From contig JAXDKG010000055.1 in the NCBI GenBank assembly GCA_034667225.1, positions 121,104 through 185,103 of the forward strand: a stretch of 64,000 bases of DNA, given 5' to 3'. The notes below the pieces were generated by a model, which was given only the letters and a program-made list of their open reading frames with translations, was not told the origin of the DNA and did not search any database. This DNA comes from Acidobacteriota bacterium. Its GTDB lineage: Bacteria; Acidobacteriota; Thermoanaerobaculia; Multivoradales; UBA5704. This document shows, piece after piece, positions 9,056-16,467 of this stretch; position 1 is the first letter of the stretch; every line of letters starts with the position of its first letter. The position numbers and the translations under genes were made by a program.

Positions 9056-9246
9056 AGGACTTCACTTGCCTGAGCCCCGGAAGGCAGTTACCTGTGCCCC
9101 GGAACTCACTTACCCGCACCCCGACGTCATTTACCTACGCCCGGAAGTCACTTCCCTGCACCCCGGAAGTCACCTGCCTACGCCGGGAAGTCACCTACCT
9201 GCGCTCTGAAGTCACTTACCCGCGGCCCGGAGCTCATCCCCCGACG
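9056..9246. repeat. 21-bp-period degenerate tandem array, family A (core GGAAGTCACTTCC)
   Basis: About 9 units of CCGGAAGTCACTTACCTGCGC-like sequence with a 21-22 bp period. Confidence 0.85.
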
Positions 9247-9272
9247 GCGGGAGCTTGAGGACGGAGGCAGAG

Positions 9273-9629
9273 GTGTGAAAAATCAGACGCCCACCAAGTA
9301 GCAGCCGCGCGTAAGTCGCTCCTGACGGGAGGCTTGTGTCTCTAATCAGGGCGGTATAGTTGGACCTCGCCCAAGAAGGAGGACCCATGCCCAAGACCCG
9401 GGAAGGCATGAACCAGCGCCGCCAGGAGATTCTGAACATTCTCAACAGCGGCATCCGGGTCGAGAGCCTGGACGACCTCATGGACCAGCTCAAGGTACGG
9501 GGATGCCCAGTCACCAAGTCAGGGCCCCTCAGTCACCTGATCCTCAAGAAACACCAAGGTACCTAGAGAGTGGCGTGTTCCTCTTCTTGTCGAGGGCATC
9601 ATGACGACGGGCGTGTGAAAAATCAGACG
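9273..9629 (+). repeat. 17-bp exact direct repeat pair GTGTGAAAAATCAGACG
   Basis: Copies at 9273-9289 and 9613-9629. Confidence 0.85.
9387..9566 (+). pseudogene. ArgR-like winged-helix N-terminal fragment
   Basis: AGGAGG RBS; RRQEILNIL...ESLDDLMDQLKVRGCPVTKS resembles the ArgR N-terminus but diverges where QATxSRD would follow. Confidence 0.5.
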
Positions 9630-9808
9630 TTTCCCAAGGGACGGCTCATCACGGCAAAGTGCAGGCACACGGCTCCCTCTCACGTGCAAAGGGCTACCTC
9701 CAGAGGTATAAGCCGTACACCTGACCTCCAAGTAAACGCAACCTCCGGCGGCGGGGTCTCTATAGCCGTGAAGCGGTCGCACTCACGAATGGAATAAGGG
9801 GAACGGCC

Positions 9809-9991
9809 ATGAAAAAAGCAATTAAAAAAGAACAAAAGACCGAAGGCAGAGTGCTCGCTCGTGTGATCTCGGAAGAGGCGCTGAAGAACGTCGGCGGCGC
9901 TCGGGCAAACGGTTACTGGACATCCGTCATCACGGAGGGTGGCTGCGACATCACCAATGTCGGCGGCGACGACGACGGTTACGTCGAGTAA
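9809..9991 (+). CDS. RiPP (graspetide) precursor peptide
   Basis: 60 aa; leader ends in a double-glycine motif (EEALKNVGGA); core rich in T/S and D/E (WTSVITEGGCDITNVGGDDDG); immediately upstream of an ATP-grasp ligase. Confidence 0.8.
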   Translation: MKKAIKKEQKTEGRVLARVISEEALKNVGGARANGYWTSVITEGGCDITNVGGDDDGYVE

Positions 9992-10095
9992 TTCCGGTTT
10001 ATCCCGGAGGCCCTGCGACTGGAACTGAAACCATAGACTTCAACCTGAGTGCAGGCCGCTTCACACTTCACTCGGATTTGGAAGGACCTTCCAGC

Positions 10096-11202
10096 ATGCT
10101 GAACGAGATTGTCATCATTGCAACTACCGACGACTTTCATTCCTACGCAGTCGCACAGAATCTTCGGCGGCGCGGCGCGTCTGTGACTGTGTGGCATTCC
10201 AATGACTATCCGAAGAGCGCCGCGGAAACAATCGCGTTCCGCAACAATGAATGCAGGATGACCGTTCGCGACGCCGAACAGCAATTACCTGTCAATCCGA
10301 CAGCGGTATGGCATCGCCGGCCGGCCATGACGCTCGATCTCGACACGCTCGATCCCGCCGATGTCTCATTTGCCGATCTGTCCTGCCGCATGGCGCGGCG
10401 GAGTCTCTTTTCACTGTACGGCCGCGACGCGTTCTGGGTGAACGATTTCGCCACCGGCGCGCGTTCGAACATCAAGCCGCTGCAGCAGAGCATTGCGGCC
10501 GAAGCGGGCTTTGTCACTCCGGACACGCTTTACACGAACGATCCAAAGGAAATCCGCGCGTTTCTCCGCGCAAACGGCGGACGCATCATCTTCAAGCCGA
10601 TTACCGCGCATGTCTGGTCCGATGACGAGAAGATTTACATGCCGTACTCCACGGTACTGACCGAGGAGAGCCTCGTGGCGGATGAGTTACTGCAGGCGGC
10701 GCCGGGGATCTTTCAGGAGTACGTGCCGAAGCAGTACGAGCTGCGCGTCACGATCATGGGACGTCAGGCGTTCGCGGCGAAGATTCTGCAGCCGAGCGGC
10801 GACCGTGCAGCGGTCGATTGGCGGTTGGCCGGCGAGCAGCTCGTCATGGAAGGCGTCGAGCTGCCGGAAGCGGTCGTCGAGAAATGTCTCGACGTGCTCC
10901 GCGAGCTCGGCCTCGTCTTTGGCTGTTTCGACTTCATCGTCCGGCCCGACGGTGAATTCGTTTTTCTTGAAGTGAATCAGATGGGGCAGTTTCTCTTCGT
11001 CGAGGACCTCTCCGGATTGCCGCTGCTCGCCGCCTTCACCGATTTTCTACTCGCGCGTGACCGCGACTTCGTGTGGGATCCCGATCCGTCCGCGGTCACG
11101 CTCGAGCAGATCCGCATGGGTGCCGCTGCGGACATGGCGGCGGCGAAAGTGATGCATCTGACCGCACCGTCGCGATACGTGCCTGACCGTATTACCCTTT
11201 GA
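10096..11202 (+). CDS. MvdC/MvdD-like ATP-grasp peptide macrocyclase
   Basis: D.H...V, WHRRP, WVN, KPLQ..A...GF.TPDTL.TNDP, IFKP, FQEYVPKQYELRVT, DWR, LGLVFGCFDFIV, FLEVN..GQFLF. Confidence 0.85.
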   Translation: MLNEIVIIATTDDFHSYAVAQNLRRRGASVTVWHSNDYPKSAAETIAFRNNECRMTVRDAEQQLPVNPTAVWHRRPAMTLDLDTLDPADVSFADLSCRMARRSLFSLYGRDAFWVNDFATGARSNIKPLQQSIAAEAGFVTPDTLYTNDPKEIRAFLRANGGRIIFKPITAHVWSDDEKIYMPYSTVLTEESLVADELLQAAPGIFQEYVPKQYELRVTIMGRQAFAAKILQPSGDRAAVDWRLAGEQLVMEGVELPEAVVEKCLDVLRELGLVFGCFDFIVRPDGEFVFLEVNQMGQFLFVEDLSGLPLLAAFTDFLLARDRDFVWDPDPSAVTLEQIRMGAAADMAAAKVMHLTAPSRYVPDRITL

Positions 11203-11280
11203 GCTTTGACGAGCGGAGAGGACGCATACAACCGAGCGTCCTCTCCGTGGAATGGTGTTGTCGCTTTCAGGGTGGACGCG

Positions 11281-11706
11281 TCAGCAGCCACAGCCCCCGG
11301 TGGAGGCTGCGAGCTGGTACTCCGTACAGGACTGACCCAACTGGTTGAAGCAGACGCGGTAGCGCTCCCGGAGCTGTTTCAGCGCCGGACCGTAAGCCTC
11401 GCAGTGGCCCCACTCGTCGCACTCGCCGCAGCCCAGGGCTGCACCGCAGAACTGATCGCCGCAGTCGGAGAAGCTGGACCAGTTGGCGCAGGCTCCATAA
11501 GCCGACCCGCAGGGCGTCGTCGAGTGGCAGGCAGCCGCAAAAGCGGTTACGACTTTAAGACCGGATGTAGGGCTGGCTTGAAAACCGAATCTCGCCACGA
11601 AGTCCTCGCTGTTCATCGTGGCCGCCTCCTGGGCCTGGACCGCGCCGGCGGACAGCACCAGGAGCAGCAGGGCGGTGATGAAGGACAGGCGAGTGGATAT
11701 GCTCAT
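11281..11706 (-). CDS. Secreted Cys-rich protein (12 Cys)
   Basis: Signal peptide ending VQA; GGAGG RBS; C-terminal 12-Cys domain paralogous to 11753..12322. Confidence 0.8.
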   Translation of the reverse strand: MSISTRLSFITALLLLVLSAGAVQAQEAATMNSEDFVARFGFQASPTSGLKVVTAFAAACHSTTPCGSAYGACANWSSFSDCGDQFCGAALGCGECDEWGHCEAYGPALKQLRERYRVCFNQLGQSCTEYQLAASTGGCGC

Positions 11707-11752
11707 TCTGGATTACCTCCTTCTTGGCCGGTGCGTAGGGCGGCGTCGCGCG

Positions 11753-12322
11753 TCAGCACTCGCAGCTCAGGACGTTGTATGTACGCTGGTACTCCGTGCA
11801 GGACTGGCCCTGCGGGTTGAAGCAGACGCGGTAGCGCTCCCTGAGCTGCTTCAGCCCCTGCCCTGCCGCCTCGCAGTGGCCCCACTCGTCACACAAGCCG
11901 CAGCCCATGGAGAGACCGCAGATAGGATCGCCGCAGTCGGTGTAGCTGGAATAGCCGGCGCAGGACCCGTAATAGGCCGACCCGCAAGGCGTCGTCGAGT
12001 GGCAGGCAACTGAGAAATCAGTGATGACTTTAATGCCGGCTGCAGCGATGTCTGCAGGGCCGGGCTGAGGGCCAAATCTCGCGACGAAGTCCTCGCTGTT
12101 CAGCGTGGCCGGCTCGTCACAGGAGCAGACGGCTGCGGTGTTCTCGCACTTGATCAGGCACGCCCCGATCGCTTTGCCTTCGCGGCCGAGGCAGTTTACC
12201 GAGCAATTCTCCTGGGCGATTGCGCAGGAGCGGCACGTCGCCGCCTGGGCCGGGACCGCAGCGGCGGACAGCACCAGGAGCAGCAGGACGGTGATGAAAG
12301 ACAGGCGAGTGGACAGGTTCAT
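11753..12322 (-). CDS. Secreted Cys-rich protein (20 Cys)
   Basis: Near-identical signal peptide; an extra 8-Cys N-terminal module plus the shared 12-Cys domain. Confidence 0.8.
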   Translation of the reverse strand: MNLSTRLSFITVLLLLVLSAAAVPAQAATCRSCAIAQENCSVNCLGREGKAIGACLIKCENTAAVCSCDEPATLNSEDFVARFGPQPGPADIAAAGIKVITDFSVACHSTTPCGSAYYGSCAGYSSYTDCGDPICGLSMGCGLCDEWGHCEAAGQGLKQLRERYRVCFNPQGQSCTEYQRTYNVLSCEC

Positions 12323-12603
12323 CTCTAGGTAACCCCCTTCTTGGCGGGAGCGAAGCTGCAGAATCGCAGCAACTCTCTATTCACGCTTGTGCTCCAGGCG
12401 CCTCAAAGCGCGCCCAGAATTCAAGCAAGACTCCATACGCTCAAGAGAGACCCGGAATTGTGAGAGCGGTTTACCTCGAACGGAAATGTCGCTTCCTCGC
12501 GGTCCGGAGGTCACTTTCCCGTTGCGCGGAACCGGCAGATTTCTTGCAAAGACTCACTGTATGGAGCGCACATGGAATGAACAACAAGTAGGAGGCAACA
12601 ACA

Positions 12604-13755
12604 ATGATGCGTGCGATGGTTTACCGCGGGCCTTACCGGGTCCGCGTCGAGAAGAAGGACATCCCCGCTATCGAACACCCCAACGACGCCATCGTCCGCG
12701 TCACACTCGCCGCGATCTGCGGCTCTGACCTTCACATCTACCACGGGATGCTCCCCGACACCCGCGTCGGGACGACCTTCGGCCATGAATTCATCGGCGT
12801 CGTGGAGGAAATCGGCTCGTCCGTACAGAACCTGAAGGTCGGAGACCGGGTGATGGTGCCGTTCAACATCGCCTGCGGGTCCTGCTTCTTCTGCGCGAGG
12901 GAGCTGTACGGGAACTGCCACAACGTGAACGCCAATGCCAGCGCCGTGGGCGGCATCTACGGTTACTCCCATACCGCGGGCGGCTACGACGGCGGGCAGG
13001 CGGAGTACGTGCGCGTGCCGTTCGCCGACGTCGGACCGACCATCATCCCCGACTGGATGCACGAGGAGGACGCGGTCCTGCTCACGGATGCCTGCCCTAC
13101 CGGGTATTTCGCCGCCCAGCTCGGCGAGATCGACGAGGGGGACGTGGTGGTGGTCTTCGGCGCCGGTCCGGTCGGGCTGTTCGCCGCCAAATCGTCCTGG
13201 CTCATGGGCGCGGGACGGGTGATCGTGGTCGACCATCTCGACTACCGGCTGGAGTTCGCCAAGCGGTTCGCGCACGCGGAGACGATCAACTTCTCCCAGG
13301 TCAACGACATCGTGCAGTTCCTCAAGGAGGAGACCGATTTCCTCGGAGCCGACGTGTGCATCGACGCCGTCGGAGCCGAGGCGGACGGCAGCTTCTTCCA
13401 GGTGTTGACCGCGACCAAGCTCAAGCTGCAGGGCGGCTCGCCGGTGGCGCTCAACTGGGCCATCGACAGCGTGCGCAAGGCCGGCAACATCTCGGTGGTG
13501 GGAGCCTACGGTCCGCTGTTCAGCGCGGTGAAGTTCGGCGACGCCATGAACAAGGGGCTGACCATCCGCACGAACCAGTGCAACGTGAAACGGCACTGGC
13601 CGCGCCTCTTCGAGCACGTGAAGAACGGCGTGCTCAAGCCCAGGGAGATTGTCACCCACGTCCTCCCGCTCGAGGAGATCGCCGAGGGTTACCACATGAT
13701 GTCCAGCAAGCTCGACGGGTGTATCAAGCCCCTGATCCGGCCGCAGGCGCACTAG
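12604..13755 (+). CDS. Zinc-dependent alcohol/formaldehyde dehydrogenase-like (MDR family)
   Basis: ICGSDLH, GHEFIG, CGSCFFC...C structural zinc motif, GAGPVG NAD-binding motif. Confidence 0.92.
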   Translation: MMRAMVYRGPYRVRVEKKDIPAIEHPNDAIVRVTLAAICGSDLHIYHGMLPDTRVGTTFGHEFIGVVEEIGSSVQNLKVGDRVMVPFNIACGSCFFCARELYGNCHNVNANASAVGGIYGYSHTAGGYDGGQAEYVRVPFADVGPTIIPDWMHEEDAVLLTDACPTGYFAAQLGEIDEGDVVVVFGAGPVGLFAAKSSWLMGAGRVIVVDHLDYRLEFAKRFAHAETINFSQVNDIVQFLKEETDFLGADVCIDAVGAEADGSFFQVLTATKLKLQGGSPVALNWAIDSVRKAGNISVVGAYGPLFSAVKFGDAMNKGLTIRTNQCNVKRHWPRLFEHVKNGVLKPREIVTHVLPLEEIAEGYHMMSSKLDGCIKPLIRPQAH

Positions 13756-13771
13756 CAAGGAGAGAAGCATC

Positions 13772-14422
13772 ATGGCCTATACAGCTGAAAAACCGCCCAA
13801 TGCCCGTTCGAGCGAAGAGCTTCGCCGCACGATCCCCGGCTGGGGTGTCGACCTCGATCCCAAGGACCGGCCGGCCGTGCCCAAGGAGAAATTCAATCCC
13901 CAGGGGACCGGAGCCCACTGGGATTTCCCCGAGCGGCAGCCGGAGCGCTGGCCGCGGGAGAAGACGACCGAGCACAAGTTCCTGACGCCGGTCTTCGGCA
14001 CCGCCTGCCCGCCCAAGGGGCTGTCCGGCGCGATCCGCCGGCACGCCTACCGCCACTACAGCGAAGGACAGTTGACGCACTGGCTCCTTCTCGTCGCGGG
14101 CGACCGCGTGGACGTGCTCGAGAGCCGGATTACGGGCCTCCTCCGCGGACGCCCCGACAACCCGTTCGCCGAGGCGGGGCTCGCGAGCGAATTCAAGCGC
14201 CACGGCCTGCGCTCGCGCCGTGGGCAGCACCGGGCCGACCTGATGCACCAGCCTCTCGATTATGTGTTCGCCGCCGTGCCGTGGGTATTGGTGGGGTCGC
14301 TCGCCTTGACGATCGGCCGCGCGCTCAGGAACGGGAGCCGGAGCCAGGATCGGGACCGGCAGCGGAACTGGGACCCGGATCGGGGCACATACCGCTCCGC
14401 GAAACCTGCCGGCGTACACTGA
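13772..14422 (+). CDS. Hypothetical protein co-transcribed with the Zn dehydrogenase
   Basis: AAGGAG RBS, 16 bp gap; GWGVDLDP.DRP, TPVFGT..PP.GLSG, HWLLL..DRVD; C-terminal hydrophobic helix. Confidence 0.75.
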   Translation: MAYTAEKPPNARSSEELRRTIPGWGVDLDPKDRPAVPKEKFNPQGTGAHWDFPERQPERWPREKTTEHKFLTPVFGTACPPKGLSGAIRRHAYRHYSEGQLTHWLLLVAGDRVDVLESRITGLLRGRPDNPFAEAGLASEFKRHGLRSRRGQHRADLMHQPLDYVFAAVPWVLVGSLALTIGRALRNGSRSQDRDRQRNWDPDRGTYRSAKPAGVH

Positions 14423-14563
14423 AGCCAGAGGACCCGCCCCGGCCGGAAACCTCCGGCCGGGGTCCTGCAATTTGCCTGGCCTTCGTCTCACTAGTTGGGG
14501 AGAGACCCAACATGCCCGCAACGTTGCGATCAGCAACGGCGCAGACCAAGGAGACGACCTCCG

Positions 14564-15025
14564 ATGGCCAGTCCGCTCACGCTCATCCTGCCGGTGATTC
14601 CCGGAACCAACCTGGCGACCCTCAGCGGCACGCTGGGACAGAGCAATACATTGCTCGACGCCGCGCTCACGTCCATCGGCACGGTGCACTACGCCCGCAT
14701 CCTGCTGCTCGATGCCTCTGCCGCCAACCTGCAGCCCAGTGAAAAGCCGACCGATTCCTATGTCATCGCGGTGATCACCGAGTACGACGGCAGTTTCACC
14801 GCGTACATCGGCGATTTCGTAGCCCAGGTGGGTGCGATCTTCGACGCCCTTCTGGCGTTCGTGGTGGACGGCCAGGCGTTGATTCCGGTGGCCAACAACG
14901 TGGCAGCGTTCGGAGACTTCATCGCCCTGAACGACGCCTCGCAGCATCAGCCCAACCTCAACCTCTTCCAGGCCTACACGGCCACGGTGCAGGAAATCCT
15001 CGCCAATCTTCCTCCTTCTTCCTGA
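14564..15025 (+). CDS. Hypothetical protein upstream of DyP
   Basis: AAGGAG RBS; TVHYAR...TEYDG....YI.DF pattern typical of small proteins beside DyP genes; 5 bp from the DyP start. Confidence 0.7.
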   Translation: MASPLTLILPVIPGTNLATLSGTLGQSNTLLDAALTSIGTVHYARILLLDASAANLQPSEKPTDSYVIAVITEYDGSFTAYIGDFVAQVGAIFDALLAFVVDGQALIPVANNVAAFGDFIALNDASQHQPNLNLFQAYTATVQEILANLPPSS

Positions 15026-15030
15026 ATCTC

Positions 15031-16467
15031 ATGGCCGATCCCAAGCTCGATTACGCCGACATCCAGGGCACGATCCTGCGCGGTTACCGCGTGGACATGG
15101 CCCGGCACTTCATCCTCAGCATCACCGATCCCAAGGCGGCCGGCGCCCTTATCGGTGCACTGGTCGACGGCACCGGCAAGATGCCGCGCATCACCACGGC
15201 GGCGCGCTGGATGGTCAAGCCGGAGTGCTTCGTGAACATCAGCTTCACCGCCGCTGGATTGGCCGCGCTCGGCGTCACGCCGGCGCAGCTCGCCACTTTT
15301 GACACCGCGTTCGTTCGCGGCGCCACCAGCCCCGACACCGCCAGGATCGTGGGCGACGTGGGCGAGAGCGCGCCGGCTCAGTGGATCGGCGGATTAGGGG
15401 ACGGCAATCAAGTCCATGCCGTGCTCAACCTCTGGGTCGACGACGATCCGTCGGTGCTCGAAGCGGTCACAGCGCGGCTGCGCGCGGCGTTCGCCGGCTG
15501 CATGAAGGAATTGTCGGCGCACGACGCGCAGGCTCTCCCCGACAACCAGGTCCACTTCGGATATCGCGACAGCATCTCGCAGCCCACGGTGATCGGTGCG
15601 CCGGCCAGGAAATGCGAGATCCCCGACGATCAGGAGCCGGTGGCCACGGGCGAGTTCCTGCTGGGTTACGCCAACCAGAGCAGCGGAATCTACAGCGTGA
15701 AGCCGGCGGAGCTCTCGACCAACAGCAGCTACGCCGCCTTCCGCATCCTGGAGCAGGACGTCGCCGGGTTCGAAACGTTTCTCACCGAGTACGCCGCGAA
15801 GGCCGGAATCGACAGGGAGATGCTCGCGGCGAAGGTCTGCGGCCGCTGGCGCAACGGCAACCCGCTGGAGCTTGCGCCCGACGCACAGGGGACAGTGCTG
15901 CCCACTCCGGAGCTCAACGATTTCACTTACGTGAACAAACAGGTGCCGGCGCAGGATGACACTCTGGGTCTCAAGTGCCCGATCGGCTCGCACCTCCGGC
16001 GCAACAATCCGCGCAACGCGGACGTCACCGGCACCGACAGCGCGCACCATCGCATCGTGCGGCGCGCCATGCCCTATGGACCGGCATACGATCCGGCGCA
16101 TCCCGATCCCGTCTCGACTCCGCGCGGGCTCATCGGCTACTTCATCAACGCGAGCCTGTTCAACCAGTTCGAGTTCGTGAGCGGCCAGTGGAACATCGGC
16201 AAGGCCTTCGTGATCTCGAAGCCGGGGCCGGGCGGGCAGAGCGAGGGCAACACGTACTTCAACATCAGTGGCGACGACGTTTTCCTCGGCGTGAACGACC
16301 CGGCGTCCAGCTCCTTCACGCTCGCGGCCATTGGTGCGAAAGGCAAGAACAACACCGTGCTGAAGGGGTTCCCGCGCCTGGTCATCACCCGCGGCGGAGC
16401 CTACTGCTTCCTGCCCAGCATCACGGGGCTGCGCTACCTGGCGGAGTTGCCTGCCGCTTCGAAGTAA
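15031..16467 (+). CDS. Dyp-type peroxidase
   Basis: DIQGTILRGY, HFGYRDSISQP (GxxDG variant), GRWRNG, CPIGSHLRRNNPR (proximal His), RIVRRAMPYG, GGAYCFLPS. Confidence 0.9.
   Translation: MADPKLDYADIQGTILRGYRVDMARHFILSITDPKAAGALIGALVDGTGKMPRITTAARWMVKPECFVNISFTAAGLAALGVTPAQLATFDTAFVRGATSPDTARIVGDVGESAPAQWIGGLGDGNQVHAVLNLWVDDDPSVLEAVTARLRAAFAGCMKELSAHDAQALPDNQVHFGYRDSISQPTVIGAPARKCEIPDDQEPVATGEFLLGYANQSSGIYSVKPAELSTNSSYAAFRILEQDVAGFETFLTEYAAKAGIDREMLAAKVCGRWRNGNPLELAPDAQGTVLPTPELNDFTYVNKQVPAQDDTLGLKCPIGSHLRRNNPRNADVTGTDSAHHRIVRRAMPYGPAYDPAHPDPVSTPRGLIGYFINASLFNQFEFVSGQWNIGKAFVISKPGPGGQSEGNTYFNISGDDVFLGVNDPASSSFTLAAIGAKGKNNTVLKGFPRLVITRGGAYCFLPSITGLRYLAELPAASK

Noticed and set aside
9056-9246. 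CRISPR interpretation of the 21-bp arrays (also 35800-36040 and 53630-54013)
   Set aside because: Units are degenerate and contiguous, with no 30-40 bp unique spacers and no cas genes in the window.
8973-9258. ORFs with PEVTYLR-like heptads read through the repeat array
   Set aside because: The heptad phase shifts between frames because of 22-bp units and there is no clear RBS; treated as by-products of the DNA repeat. The same applies to ORFs over 53630-54086.
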